Shown here in pieces: positions 1 through 14,617 of a stretch of DNA of 64,000 bases. Source of the stretch: Catajapyx aquilonaris (lineage: Eukaryota); assembly GCA_000934665.2 (NCBI GenBank), contig JYFJ02000277.1, positions 1 to 64,000 of the forward strand, in the 5' to 3' direction. The first letter of the stretch is position 1. The number at the start of each line of letters is the position of its first letter. A program made the position numbers and the translations under genes. Under the pieces are notes generated by a model. The model saw nothing but the letters and a program-made list of their open reading frames with translations. It had not been told where the DNA came from and searched no databases.

Positions 1-92
1 AGGTATGATGGGAGTTTGCTTATGTACATATGGGGGGATGCATTTAACAGAACAAAAAATAGAGTTGGTGGGAGGACCAAAAATGAATACGT

Positions 93-1521
93 TCACACTA
101 GTAACACATTTTCATGGTGAGCCCAATACGCGTTTCTTTGGATAACACCCCATAAAATATCCTCGCTTGCCGGTGGCAATAGTGTTAGCAGCTTGATTTG
201 GTGCAGAAAATGTTTCGGGCCATCTGTACATCTTGGGTGACGTTTGATCCTGAACCACATGGGTCCATAGTGGCACACGACGCACTGTGTGAGTAAACGC
301 AGCTCTTCACAGATGACCCGAAACATTTTCTGCACCAAATCAAGCTGCTAACACTATTGCCGCCGGCAAGCGAGGATATTTTATGGGGTGTTATCCAAAT
401 AAACGCGTATTGGGCTCACCATGAAAATGTGTTACTATAGCGATGCTTGCAGATGATGACCATGAAAACCGGAAATTGGCAGTCGATGTAATCAAGACCT
501 TTCGGCAACTTCCCAAACAGCAAACCAGAGAATTTGGCCCTCCAGAGGTCCAGAAAAGATCTCAGATTTTGAAAGATCTCCTTCCACCAGTGGAAGAGTG
601 CAAGACGGAACCTCCACTCATGATGCAGTTCTCCATCGAAAAGCTTGAGAGGATAATTGAGGAACCCCGTGTCGTAACGATACCATGTCACTCTCAAGCA
701 GTGGAAAGATGCGTGAAGGTGGTCCTGAAGCATCCGAGGCAGTTTACGGAAAGGAGGCAAGAGATGGCTATATTAGGTCAGTATGTAAATCCCGTGACTT
801 TATGCCTTCATTCAGAAGTAAGAAAAGACTTTAATGCACTATTTCCTAAATAAACTGCACTCTGTACTTATGTATAGCAGTGTATGACAGTGTATGTGCT
901 TATTGCAAAAATAAAATATTGATTAAACAATTTTAAAAAATCTTTCATATCTGGGTGACTGCAACATAAATTTTTGGGCAAATGGCTATTTAAAGGATTT
1001 TCGCATGAAATTTCGCACTTATCCAAAAAATTTCCTTTCATATTTGACTTTAGAAGATAAGCGTAACATTCGCTCAATGACGCTCATATAGGCAAACTTA
1101 GTCCTAGCCGGGACTCGAACTCAAGTCCCCAGAGGTCTCGACAAACTCTGCGACCCTTTCTTATTTGGGAGTAGCTGGAGTAGTGCTTCTTTACTGACGA
1201 GAATGGGAGGAGTTGGGAAACGAGCATCGCCTTGTGCGGAACTGGCGGGGGGTTGGTTTCCTGTCAACCAAATTAGGAGTAGAGGAGACATAGCTGCGAT
1301 TCCCTATGTCATGCATTTACCAATATGTCCGCAACTATGTCGCTGGTAAGCATTCATTGGTCTAAGGTGGGCATTTTAACAATTTTCAAGGTCAAAAAAG
1401 GAGGTGTTACACTTGTCGGAAAAAAAATTATTTTCATATTTGAAGTTTGGGAGGTCCACTTATCAAAACCTGAAATGTGCCTTTTGATCCGATAAAATTC
1501 GTCCAGTGACGCTACACCCTA
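93..1521 (+). mobile_element. Degenerate hAT-like (hATm-type) DNA transposon remnant with rearranged transposase and probable 3' terminus
   Basis: Peptide motifs IQ.NAYWAHHENVLL-AMLADDD..RKLAV and PCHSQAVERCVKVV with stops/frameshifts; CACCCTA ending at 1521 resembles TAGGGTG-type termini. Subfamily call from memory. Confidence 0.6.
99..437. repeat. Inverted duplication, ~129-bp arms (99-227 / 309-437) with 81-bp spacer
   Basis: tagtaacacattttcatggtgagccc...catctgt is the near-perfect reverse complement of acagatgacccg...gtgttacta. Confidence 0.9.
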
Positions 1522-4210
1522 CTGGACAGTGAGTGAAGAACATGTTGAGAACATCACTGATGACAAACCAATATAAGAACAACAATAAATTAAATAAAAT
1601 GCTCTCCACGACTACCGTTGGTAATGGCAACCGGTTGTTAGGCGACCTGTTGTTTGTTTAGGTTTTTATTTAGGCCTGTTAGTGGCATTCCGGAACGAAG
1701 GTGGTTCGAGGAAGGATGTGTTTTTCAGACGGCCCACAAAGTTCTGTTAAAAAGAAACATTGCGTATCAACACTTCTCTAACAACACTGCAACCATGTTT
1801 GTTGTGTGGTAAGTGCGTGTCAGCAGAATTATTTCTAAGCCAGAAATTGGTGGAGTATAATGGGGGCATTCTTTATGCAAATAGCGAGGCAAAGGAACGT
1901 ACGTTATTTTTGCTTAATAATTATACAGTTCATGGTTGGCTTGCTCTGCATTGGCATTTTCAAACACTACTTGCCTTTATCATGAAGTTAACACGTACTC
2001 AATGAATGAGGATTCACTCATATGGTTTCCCCTCGATGCAAATGGAATGGATCACAGATCGTCTACTAATGTTTGTAAATTGAAATTTTTATGATGATTG
2101 GTCGTAGCTCGGTGCTGCTCTATTGCGGGTTTACGGGCTGGTTATTTAGGATTTTGTATACACGGAATCATTACAGTACGCAGCACTGTAGTTCCGGAAA
2201 TATATGTGGGCCTATTTTACGTCGTGTATCGACAAAACTCTGTGCATATGCTTTTCAGTGTTCGGAAGGTAAACAAAAATGAGACAACGGTGAGTTATTG
2301 TTATGAGGTTGGACACATTGGATATAGGCCTACTATAATAATAAATGTATAATGTAAACATGACAGCGATATTGTTGCGCAGTTGCTACAGGCAACCGCT
2401 GTTGTTTTACTTTGAACTTTGGAACTATGTTGGGCCGTGGATCTGGTAAACCGTGAGGATCTATGTGCATGCGGATGATCTCTCTTTGAATAAATTCGAC
2501 ATGCACGCACAGTGAGTAAGTTACACAACATATATATTAGGCTACTTTATATTCGGTATTTGCTCGGCCAGAGGCGATGATTTTTTTCGGTCACACATAA
2601 TTATCATGATAATTTGCACACAATTCCTGCTGTGCTTTACATTATAGCTCCATTCCTCTCTGATTAAGTATGGATTCGTATGGCTTTGCACTGCAGTTGT
2701 CTTGGCAGACGCCAGATGTTATTGACGCAATGGTCGCTGAAGAGAAGATAACTGGAGGCTTACTTCCTTATGTATTACATACGGTATATTGTTGCAAGTG
2801 GACCCAAATATTCCCACCTTTATGTATATATAATAAGCAGTCATGCTCATGATTTGTTTTAAGGCACTTTTGGCATCGGATGTTGGTTAAAATATGGGAT
2901 CTTGAGTTGGTGAAATTAAACCCAGCAGGTATTAGACATTCCGTCGGCCTGATCCGGCAATGTCGTGCTGCACACCCATTCAGTTAAGGATATATAAACA
3001 GACTTCAAGTACGGAGGTGTCACGTTATTGAAGGCGGCTTCAGATGGTATTAATTTAGCTCCTTTAACCTTTGATACAGCATAACTTTTGTACTCTGCTG
3101 GTTACCACGGTTTGTAGAGTCAGTTCTAGTCCTGTCAAGTTCTTCTCAGCACGATGCCAGCAATGCTTTGTAAGGCTCTGGAGAGCGAGGTTCGAGAGCT
3201 CATCGTTGTCATGAGAGATGTTTTGTTGACGTTACCATAGCCGGCGTTTTACTGGTTTGTCGAAAGCTTCCTGTTGCATTTCCAATGGTGCACTTGGGCC
3301 AGTTGAGATAACAAGGGCATGGACATCACACCCAAACGCATTTCACCGACAACTTATATTCACAGTGGAAAATAAGAGAATGTACTGTATTTTTGTCGAT
3401 CAGTGACAATGAGAAGCACATTGTCATAGTTCTGCGTCCAGTTATTAGTCTTATTACACTACATCAGAGACCACTAATATTATGAACCCCAATGAAATTG
3501 TTTCTTAGAAGCTCAGTTTGTTCCGTGCCCGCATAATTAAGCTGCATATAATGGCGCTTGCCTGCTGCACCACGCATCCTGGACTGATTATACCAGAGCA
3601 AAACCTTACTGGTATTTGGTTGGATATACTGTTTTAGTCAATGCAATATCTTGCTGGCGTTGTCGCTCCCATGATGCGTAGCCTACTTGGTAAATGTAAG
3701 CGGGTCTAAGCCCGAATTACAGTCGCAATAATGCGATCCTGGTTGCTTCATCTTCACTACACCATATCATATAATATACACTCCGATTATTATTCGTGGG
3801 TATGTAGAAGTGATTATGCCTGAGAGTCCACAAGTTCAACTGGACTGCATATTATATGTTGTTCGTCCAAGAATATATTATATAGGCTGCCCTAATCACC
3901 TGAATCGCAGCATGCTTTACTTCGAGAAATGAGAAATAATAATTATACAGTACTTCGCTATACCGTTATCCATACGGCTGACGTTATTTTTGCCTTCATC
4001 AAGATGGAATGTACAGAGCAGTACATACACTTTGGCGGGATTCACCTCTAGATAATAATTTACAGTAAGTCACTATAGTGTTGAGATTATGTCTTATTAG
4101 TATAGTGCAAAATGCACGGAAAATATTATTGATTCAAACAAATTGTAATATTGTTCCAGTTGGTATGTGTCTCTTGAAGGATATACGTGTATTACCCTGG
4201 AGCTTCAATG

Positions 4211-4229
4211 TAATAATAATAATAATAAT

Positions 4230-4295
<66 letters not shown>
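4211..4295. repeat. Compound microsatellite (AAT)n(GAT)n
   Basis: Directly visible. Confidence 0.97.
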
Positions 4296-4524
4296 AAGGA
4301 AAGCCGGTCCAGATTGTTTACTCCAGCAACCAATAATTTCCACAACAGCACCGGTGTGCGTGGGAAGCAACATTTGTCTCACGTCCATCAATTTGCATTA
4401 TTGTTTCTTCCCAGGTGAAAAAAATACAAAACTTTCTTCCCTTTCCCTTCTTCAAGTCCTTCTTCTGACCTGTAGAATTAGAGAAAATTATCTCACCTGT
4501 ACGTACAATGTCGATTTAGGTATA

Positions 4525-4642
4525 TAGTCTGGTGACCCGGGGTAGCTTGCCCCCTGGGGTAACTGGTTGTTTACTGCTATCCTTTTACATATGCTGCCGT
4601 GGTGATTGCCCCCGGGCAAGCTTACCCTGGGTCACTAGACTA
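4525..4642. mobile_element. Small MITE with ~30-bp imperfect TIRs, TA flanks
   Basis: tagtctggtgacccggggtagcttgccc ... gggcaagcttaccctgggtcactagacta. Confidence 0.65.
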
Positions 4643-7600
4643 GGGGCCTTAATGAATGGTTTCCCAGTGAGTTCCAAGATGATGTAATAATTGAGGGCCC
4701 GAACCTTCTCACCATGCATAATTATTTTCATCTGGCACTGATCACCGGATATTCCTCCACTTGTTTTTTTTTCAAATACGTCTATATGTTGTATCCCATA
4801 TAGTTAATTTCAGTTGCCGACAACATGCAGACATTGTGGCAGGGAAAAATGTTTGTTCTGGAATATCTGTGCAGTGGCAGGGATGGCTAAACTAGTACTG
4901 TATTTTGATAGAGTCCATTCCATTACTCTGTTTGTTTCGCTGTTACAAAAATAATAATGTACCGGTGCTTTGGTCTTCAAAGTGTCCTTTACGAGTAGTT
5001 GATGGCCCTATAATGCATATGTCTGGCACGTCTCCCATGGAAGAAGCTGTCCCACTATTTTTAGGTCCCTACACACACATGCAAGTTATACGCCAAACTG
5101 TCTCGCATCAGCCAATGTTGGTACAGTCTTCACTTCTCACTGACTTGAAGTGTATAAACACCATTAAAGTAGAAAGTAACTTCATGGAATAATTTACACC
5201 AATAGTATTCCACAGCTGACGTCTACTAGCATAAGTTGTCCGAGGAATGATAACACTCGTTAAGTGGTTTTAGCTCAAGTTGTAATTATTTTGTCGTAGC
5301 ATGATGATGGCAGTCAGATTTAAGACTATATGCCTAACTACATTATAGTGTATATAGGTATATTATATACTGAAATTTTGACTTGGAATTTCCAGTTGTG
5401 TTGGGACGAGTTTCACCATTTGAAATCAGAGCCAGTCTGTGAGGAGATCATATAGGTGTGTCCAACGTGTGTATAGCTAAGACATTATAATATGACTAAT
5501 AAGTAAATACATTTTCTGTTTCACGCACCCAAATTGTATAGGCCCTACTCTACGATGTGCCTTTATGTGGTATAGTAGTGTGCCATTATGATTAGATATT
5601 TGCTAATTAATACTTTTTGCAAGATAGTAAGCACAGCCGGAAACCCGATTAAGGTGCTCGTCTCGGGATACGTGTCTTATGACAACATGTCCGAGACGAT
5701 TGTGGTTCTGTGACCGCAAGCTCCTGAAACGAGACACAGAGACACATTTGCAACAATTGCAACAATTTAAGCATCATTATCGCTCCTAGTAGAATCAAAT
5801 AATAAACCTTACTGTCTGCATGTAATATTGAACGAATGGGGTAATGCATTGTCTATAATACCAATGTTAATAAAATATTGTAAATGAGCTGATTCGTCCG
5901 GAGTGTTGAGCTTTAATCGAACTGACCAGGAAAGACAGTCCCAAGCAGTGATCCATGAGACAGACCAATGCCCTGCAATTCTCTACTGCAATAGGATGTT
6001 TGTACCGCGTGTACTACAAAAAAAAGTCGGCTTATTTGGCTATACATCATGCAGATTCTGATTGCCATTTATCTTTAAGTATGGCGGAAATGACCGTGTG
6101 CAAGATGTAGTAAGCTGAATTTCCACGCCAAACATGAAACTGGGTTCACATAATATATGATGAGGTTTCGCATAATTATTTCCAGAGATACGAAAATAAT
6201 TAGAATCTGATGGTATATACGGATCCCATGTGATATTACAACGAACTCCTCTCGTTTGAGGCTGCAGAGGATGTAACCTTGCTGAGTGGCTCCGTCGCGT
6301 CGCGTCGTCCTCGTCTCGCGTCGTCGTCCTCGGCGTCGTCGCCTCCTCTGCCGCAAATCCAAGTGTTGTGCTCTGGAGAGGAGAAACTGGATCTCTGGAG
6401 TTCCATTGACTTCTTTTGCAAGCATAATATTGTCTCTCTTCCTTGGTGGTGGAAACGAGCTTGATTTTTAAAAATCATGTTAAATAATTAAGCCTGTATA
6501 TATGACTCAAATGCTGTAATCATCGCTTGCTTCTGAGAGGGAAAAGGGACGGAACTCAGCTGCCTCAATTTCCATCTCTTGGGATAAATAACAAGGCTTT
6601 GTAAGAGTCTCTCAGCTCCCACATGATGCCTTCGTAATAAAATACTGGTGGACATTTTTGACATCATGTTTGAACCATAGATTTTTCGTACTTATAGCAC
6701 ACAAGTAGCCGACGGGCATCAGAGGGATGCAAATAGTCTAACTATGTCAGACAATATGCAACGGATAATTATAATGATATACATATTGATTATAAGTTAC
6801 ATAACAATTATTAAACATAATACAATATATTGCATAAGTAGTATAAACTGATCGTGCGTAGTTTTCATTACAACTGTACATACCAACATATACGTACGTT
6901 ATTATATAGTTCATTGAATATGTCATTTCTTGGCCATTATTATGGATGACTTGTGTCTCCTAATAACCCGTTATACAGAAATGTATGAAGGTGCCTTCTT
7001 GGAGCAGTATGAAATATTATCTCATCATTTAGGCCAACACACAATATTATGATAGCCTATCTTACTTGATGTGTGCAGCCTCCTCCTTCAATTGGTAATC
7101 CCAACGGCTGAAACAATATTTTTTGAGTCAAGTAGAGTGCCATTACGGCATGTGGCCGCATTTATTGCGGTGTATGTAGGCTACAGTATAAAACTTATCC
7201 CAGTGCGATTCGGAGTTTATTAAATATTTCCAACACGTCATCGGCCATTCATCGGGCAGAGAGAGACGATCTCAAACGATGCTTTCTGCAAATAGGCAAC
7301 TCCTAAAGCGTGGCGGAGCAAAAGGGTTGCAAAATATGAAGAACGTAACTCCACATAATTATATAGTAGGATATGTTGTAGAGATAAAATTGAGGCTGGT
7401 GTGTTGCAAGACAAGATGATGGAGAAACTATATAATATTATAGAAGTGGTTTAGTGCTGGCAGCGTCTTCGTCAGCTGAGGTGATGCATGCTGAGTGAGT
7501 CAGGTGTTCCTTCTCATTCGCGATGTGGCAACCAATGGCCTCCCAGGTTTGCAGCCTGAATAGGATGGGAAGCCTGCATGCAGTGTGTTTTGAGTTGTTG

Positions 7601-8539
7601 TTGTTATGCAAGTTTGTGTACCTTATTATAAAACATCGGATAAAAATATACGCATCATGCTCCAAACCAACTTCAATGTCAGACGATCGGCTAACTTTTC
7701 TGGACTCAGACGCAGCAGTTCGTACACATGCTGCAAAAATAAAACAAAAACTGACATACCGGTAGTATACTCACATCATCTGAACGATGTGAGTACGGGT
7801 ATATACCTGCGAGACTCCAGGCAGAAACACCTATCCCACTTTATGATGAACACTTTCGATGATGTGGCTGATGGTACGGTACCTGCATCACCTTGCCGTG
7901 GTGGTGTATAGAGGGCTAGTGTGTTTCTCCCAACAATCCAGAGAGGTTATGGCGGCGGTATAGATTCGCCAACCGACAGGGTCGTCCAAGTCGGGATTGC
8001 CTTTTTTGGGGGGGTAAATAGAACAAGAAAGGCCAATAGTGACAGTGATGGAATGGATCTGTCCCATCAACCAAATACACCCCCCTTAGAACTTTGCTTC
8101 GGCTCCTTATCCCATCCAGCAAACAGAACATATATACCATTTTGTCCCAATTGAGTAATATTACGTATAGTAGACTACAACTGTAATTGTCGAAATATGC
8201 AATCAATTTATGGTGTTATTATTCGAAAGTTGAGGGATCCCAACCAAGTTCGGGGTGTTGGGAGTCTAACATAAATGTATGGAGCAATAGAGGCGCCTTC
8301 TTCCAAAACCTATATGCATACCGGCATATGTTAATGCCATTGGGTCATGCGAAGTATAAGTACAAGTGATTACGTCAGAGATGCACAACTTCCGCGAGGC
8401 GGAATACCATGGAGCAGTTGCAAACAGACGATATAATATAGCGGTAAAGTTAGGCTGATAGCATAATCATTTATGGAGGCCATTGTGGGTAACACTGAGC
8501 ATCAATAATCGAAAGTATCTGTGTACGTAACACCACTAT

Positions 8540-8806
8540 ATAATAATGGATACCCCGTGATAGGCCCATTGGGTCTCTTATAGGGGATCATCTTTTGAAT
8601 AACCGACTTTAATCATTTGCCTGTAATGTGATGGATTTTGATAGTGGGAGGAAACGGGAGAACCCCGAGAAAACCCACGCGAACACGGAGAGAACCCATC
8701 GAAACTCTATCCACATAAGTATCCTCCGTCCGACCCGGGGATCGAACTCGGGACCTTAGAGGTGGAAGGCTGCGGCGCTAACCACTCGGCCACCGGGTGT
8801 CGCCCT
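8540..8806 (-). mobile_element. Full-length tRNA-derived SINE (family B, V/Meta-like central domain) with 16-bp TSD
   Basis: Minus strand: A box TGGCCGAGTGG, B box GAGTTCGATCCC, core GCGTGGGTTTTCTCGGGGTTCTCCCGTTTCCTCCCAC, short ATT tail; TSD tacgtaacaccactat at 8524-8539 and 8807-8822. Confidence 0.9.
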
Positions 8807-8830
8807 TACGTAACACCACTATTACCAATA

Positions 8831-8831
8831 C

Positions 8832-8865
<34 letters not shown>

Positions 8866-8867
8866 AC
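8831..8867. repeat. (CAA)n microsatellite
   Basis: Directly visible. Confidence 0.95.
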
Positions 8868-10937
8868 GCGCAGGTTTCTCAGTCAAAGGAGCTGTGTAGG
8901 AGGCCTCTAACCTAAGATAGGCATAATATATTATATCAACAAACTTTGTGCTTTAATGATTATTAAGGATTAATGTTCACAATGAACTGTGCGGTAAGGT
9001 CATGATGTATGTACTCGTATATTATCCCCCAGTTCATTGTCCACTAAATATTCACATGGCCAACTACTGGTCCAGCTCTGTTGTGGGTGAGAGTGTAACA
9101 GGCGTGAGTTACATTACTGTATAGAGGGTATCGCCACGGATTTCATCAGGATCCGATTACTTCATGGAATTCATGGAATCCTCCATGGCATGCAGAGATG
9201 AGGAGCAGGGCGATGCCTTATTCTACGTATGTTCCTCTTATATTTTCTCACATGAATATTGTTATTATTAATTCAGGATGCAAATTTGAGTAATATGCAC
9301 TGTTGACGTCATCCGTCATACGCAGGTTTTACTGGTCGAATGTCACAATATGTTGCATATTAAATACAGGAAACTGTTATCTTATTTCTAGTCCAATATA
9401 AAGATGCACTATATACTGTCAGCCACAAATAGCGATGAGATAATAATATTAATATTTTCGATATTATTGTTGTTGGAGTGTCGCATCGCGTCGCTCATAA
9501 ACGGTCATTATAGAGCCTGCATCACGTTCTGCTTTGAATTAGATTAGGTGGTGAATAGGGGTCCGCTAATAATAATCAGGCCTACAATGTGCTGGGGTCG
9601 GAGTCCTCCTGCGTTGTTTGGCAGCCTGTTCGAAGAAGACGCTGTTGACGGGTCCGTCCTTTCGTACAGCAGTTTTTTGGTATTTTGTGGTGATTTGAGA
9701 AGACCAGCAGTCTCTCAAATGCGCTTCCTGGTTCGCAAGTTAGCATTCTGGTGCTAAGATACCGACTGTAACCCACCTACCAACTGGACATTTCAAAAAT
9801 AGTACTGCATCACAGGACAATGCTGCACTATAAAACCATTCGTACCACAAGAGTACTTTATTATTCGCATAAGTTATGCTGTAAATGCTGGCTATCCATT
9901 TATCTTGACAAGCCATTTTGTATTTGTGCCACAGAGTATATTTTCAATATCATTTCCGGCAACGAATGCCGACTAACAGTGTTATTATGTATAATACTTT
10001 GCTAGTTATTTAACTGGAATTCTTCATTGCTGCGATTATACCCTTTTCACAGAGAAATGCAGTAACTTAATAATGTTCCAGTTCACGTGCACAGTAGCTA
10101 CTACAGTATTTGATGCGGTAAGTTAACTCTTTGTGAAATGATACAGCACAGGAGATAATTTTGTTAAAGAAATATTACGAATAAGTACACTTTGCACACA
10201 GTATACTGATGCATGTCCTCCAAATAGAGTTCTGCGAGGGCGTGTAGCTCTGAATGTAATCATATAGCTGCATGCTTTCTGACCAATCTGGGCCAGCATT
10301 GCGTCTATAGGTCTTAAGTAAGTCTTATAATCTACTGATATGGGCCGTGCTTCTGTAGGCTCTGGTGAGTGTATGTCCTTAGCAGGGGGTACAACTGGCC
10401 CTCCGCTGGTGGTGGCCATTGGACTCACTTGGCCCAAGTTCGACATCGAAGATCCCTATAGGCATGACGTATTTTCTTCGTGGTTGGGTTCATACGGCGT
10501 GCTGGCGGCACCTGAGACATTGTAAGACGGTAAGAGACGCTCCGTGCTCTCTGTGGACCTCTGAGTACTCTTGTCAAGAGCTAATATCTGCAGCTGTTGT
10601 GGAATCAAACTATGGGTGGCCCTGGATGCTCCAAGGAGGCTTTAACGACTACCCTTGGAGTGGAATACATTAGGCTGTATTCAACACCATCATCTGCTTG
10701 GCGGTGGATAGACATCTGCTGGCACAACTCAACGCCTGAGATAGGGGCTCGTTGCGAGCGGCACTGATGGGTCACTTATGACTGATGTGGACTTGTTGCA
10801 GTTTGTTTATATTTGTATTTTGTAAAATGGAATAAACTATAGGAAGCAGGTGCTGCAGAGTCGTATTGGCTGGGTCAGCCGGAGTTCCTATAGCAGTGTA
10901 CTGCATGTCGTCAACATCAATAGACAATGGTGTCTAA

Positions 10938-11128
10938 GGGCCAGTTTCACCGAGCTCGGTATATGATAAAACCAGGTTTCCTTGGGAAAATCCATACAAA
11001 TATGGGCCGGTTTCACCGAGCTCAGTATATGATAAAACCAGGGTATTTCTCAAAATCCCTATCTATTTGTATGGATTTTCCTAAAGAAACCTGGTTTTAT
11101 CATATACCAAGCTCGGTGAAACCGGCCC
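10938..11128. mobile_element. PIF/Harbinger-type MITE with internally duplicated left TIR
   Basis: GGGCC...GGCCC termini, ~60-bp TIRs, TAA on both flanks; second copy of left TIR start at ~11003. Confidence 0.8.
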
Positions 11129-11144
11129 TAAATCGCAACGACTG

Positions 11145-11281
<137 letters not shown>

Positions 11282-12173
11282 TTTTTAGTAGCCTACGTAG
11301 CATTTACGAAGCGAAAGACCTCCTCCGTCACAGCATGGACTTGCCCGGATGTATCCCCTTTGGCGTCGCTTTTCTATTTCATGGACGGCAGTATAGTAGC
11401 AATTTATTGCAGTGTGTTTAATGCGTCGGCTGGTTATTTTCCCGGATGATATTTCCAACTTGCCTCCGATGCGATGGGATGATTTATTTGCGTTTCTCCA
11501 ACTTCCGGAAGCCATATCGGCAATGTAGCTTCTCCTATACGGTATAATATCTACTCTCACGCAAACCTGAAAGGTCTTGGTTGGGTATAGAAGAGAAAAA
11601 TATAAAGATGCCAGCTAGTCTTTCTTCTTTCTTCGTTCTTCCTTCCATTGCGCAGATAGGTTCAGTTGCTTTGTCTCTTTCCCACCCAAGCAAACAATCA
11701 GGTGGTTATTCCTCAAATTACTGAACATTAGGACTGAGGGTAAATTCAATTTTCCCTAATGCCCATCGCATCAGTCACGGCATTTTATGCCTTAAGTACA
11801 TGTGCATCAGGCTGTATATGTTTTTTGGTACAGTAACCAGCTTTATAATAATTTTTGAGTTCCGGTTTTAACGCTATACTGTATAGCAGTGGATTAATGA
11901 TGGAAAACCGCTGCATTTAATATTACAGTGAGATGTGCTACGTATACAGTACATTGTCCCTGTCAGTGCCTCTATAGAGCTACAGTTACAGTAGTTTCAC
12001 AGAAGCGAGAAACTGGATAAGCTCCTGGTTGGTCCCCCTTGGTTTATACATAAACGAAGGTTGCATAAATGGCTTTGGTTTTACTTATTTAGACTTATTT
12101 AGGTTGTGTCGTCACCGTCCAGGACAGGCCACAAGGGATGGTGATGTATCGGTATTATCCACAATCCCCATTA

Positions 12174-12870
12174 CACTGATGGGAACAAAATAAAAAATAT
12201 GCCTTGAAAGTTATACGTCTGTTTTTGGGGCGCTGATTCCAAAATAATATGGCATCACGTCAACATTTTGAGATACGCTGCCTATCATGTGCAAGTGTCA
12301 TCCTATACCTCCATAATTAGAGCTTCCTCACTTGAAGAACCTTCCTCACTTGCCAATCAGCCTAGTTTTTACTATACTTCGACCGTATGGCATGTGGTGT
12401 GTGGTATAGGCCACTGCACTGAATGGTGCAATTGCTGGGGAAGACGAGTCTATCAGAATACATGCCAACTGAATGGCGCCGTTTCATTGATAGTTCCAAG
12501 AGGAGTAGTATAAAATCTGTTCTTTTACACACTGGCAACAGATGTGACTCAATCCCAATTGGTCGCTCTACCAGTATGAAAGAGGGGTATATGAGACAAT
12601 CTCTCTAGTCTTGGAAAAGATGAAGTATCAAGAACATCTGTGAGTGACTTGTGTAGACCTAAAGATGGTGAACATCCTTCTTGGTCAGCAAAGTGGTTAG
12701 ACCAAATATCCATGCTTTTTATGTCTTTGGGATAGCAGAGCCAAACATGACCACTTGGATACGAAAGGAGTGGCCACTGAGGAAGGAAACTACCATAGTT
12801 GGATTTTAAAAAATCTAATCAATGAACCTCTGGTTGACCGAGACAAAATCATCCTGCCACCTTTACATAT
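12174..12870 (+). mobile_element. Chapaev3-like (CMC) DNA transposon remnant, transposase pseudogene
   Basis: CACTG start at 12174; broken peptide EWRRFIDSSKRS/IKSVLLHTGN..SIPIG..CVDLKMVNILLGQQSG*TKYPCFLCLWDSRA..PLVDRDKIILPPLHI with stops and frameshifts. Superfamily from recalled motifs. Confidence 0.65.
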
Positions 12871-13090
12871 TGGGGTGGGGGGGGGGGGGGGGGNGGGGGG
12901 GACAAAAATTACTATAAACAAAGTATTTTCTACTCCGTGACTGGACACCCAAGTTGGTGAATTTCGTCAAGAGGAGTGTTTCAGAGAGTTAATGAAATTC
13001 ACCAACTTGGGTGTCCAGTCACTGTCTAAAGACGTAAGGAGTAGAAAATACTTTGTTTATAGTCATTTTTGTCCCCTCACCCCACCCCCT
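12871..13090. mobile_element. Foldback/MITE that truncates the transposase remnant
   Basis: ggggacaaaaattactataaacaaagtattttctactcc and gtgactggacacccaagttggtgaattt both have reverse-complement partners at ~12996-13077; poly-G arm contains an N. Confidence 0.75.
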
Positions 13091-14613
13091 TCCCTGAAAA
13101 GTATACCCTTCATTTGCATAATTCACGATTTTCGGTTTTGCCACTGTATTCCCCATCCCAAGAAACCTCCAGATCCCAAAAATCTCGCCGATAGCGGTAA
13201 TCTAGCTTCCTCAGGGCCTTCATGAAGTAGTCCATTCGTGACCTTTTGACCTCCGTATCTCGAAATCGCTTGAGACCGAGGATTTCTCCGGAAAGGTGTT
13301 TTTTTATATAATTTCTAGCTGATAAGGAACCCCGAAAAAAAATATTTGACCGTGAACTTTGAGCGGTTATTTCCTATTCGGTTTCCTTCTTGTAAAGAGG
13401 AAGGGGCGCCAAAATGACCTTCTCCGTACAAGTCGGACTGAGGTCTCTGTGAACACATGATGGTCGACATGTCTTTGCTTTATTATTTGTGACAGAACAT
13501 GTCACAAAATGGAAAGATCGATTGTCAATCAATCGTATAGCGCGAGTTCTGCAATAAGGCAATTCGGCATGTTTATAAACGTGGGAGTCACGCCATATTT
13601 CAGCATCAAATCAAATAGTTTTTGCGTACTGTCTCAAAATATGTGATACTCGTACGTATGTTTTGATAGGAATAGTTAAAAGGTGTATCAATGAATATGG
13701 CAGTGGCAGACACTGGCACGAGATACATACCAATCTTTCCTCTTCGCTCGTCGTGTCCATAGAGGTCCTATAGAGGCCTTTAGGGGTCGTCCCACTCGAT
13801 GAAATGCAGAGGTTCCATGTTGAGTCTGGAGGCGTGTCAGGCTTGTCAAGTGAACCTCTCTATATATAACGTGCACCTGAAAAGTCCGGGCCAGAGAAGA
13901 CGAAAGAGGATAAAAGGTTTGGCTTTGAATAAGTGACAGGATTATAAATACACGGAGATGTTCTTATACTCTCACCTATACGATTATACATCCATCACAC
14001 CCAGTATGATGTCGCAACATGTACGTAAGTAATATCTCTTGTAACTTAGGACATGACGAAACTGAATTGGATTTAATTGCGACCTTCAATACTGAATAAG
14101 TGATATGTTATGTCCTTGTTGGATATCACTTCTTGTGGTGACAGCAGCAGTATAGCATGGTCAGCAGGATGTAGCTGTTTAGCAATAGTTGTGGAATATA
14201 CGTATATAAACTCTGTACATCAATGGGTAAAATCCCGATGAAGATCGAGTGCAAGTTACAATATTAGGTATGTTATTGTGCACAGTCATCGGACTAACAT
14301 AAGATAATATTACAGCAGCAGAATGTAATCTATGGGCTCCGTGCTTGCAGCAGGTTCATCGCTATTAGGGCATCCGGTCAAGCTTATCAAAGGGAACTGG
14401 AGATACAAATGTTATTGAAAGAGTCCTCTACACTAACTCATCGATAACCATTTTCCTCTATAATTCTATATAATTTTGTAATTTTGGAAGTAAAAAAAAG
14501 TGGCTTTTATAAGCACTAATTTGTGCATGCTTGTATAAGATGTCGAATAAGGAGGGGAGTAAAATAGATTTAGAAGTATCCTGTTCAAGCCACAATGTAT
14601 TCTCAATAGCTAC

Positions 14614-14617
<4 letters not shown>

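Noticed and set aside
4078..4527. ORFs with poly-I/M/N/D runs
   Set aside because: Translations of the (AAT)n(GAT)n microsatellite
6075..6478. Arg-rich, protamine-like ORF
   Set aside because: Arises from a short low-complexity (CGT/CGC) patch open in several frames; no coherent gene model
10938..11128. Direct repeats suggesting a CRISPR-like array
   Set aside because: Two direct copies plus one inverted copy form a MITE TIR duplication; eukaryotic context, no spacers or cas genes
12871..12901. Poly-G tract as functional G-quadruplex
   Set aside because: Contains an N, length unreliable, and is part of a foldback element arm
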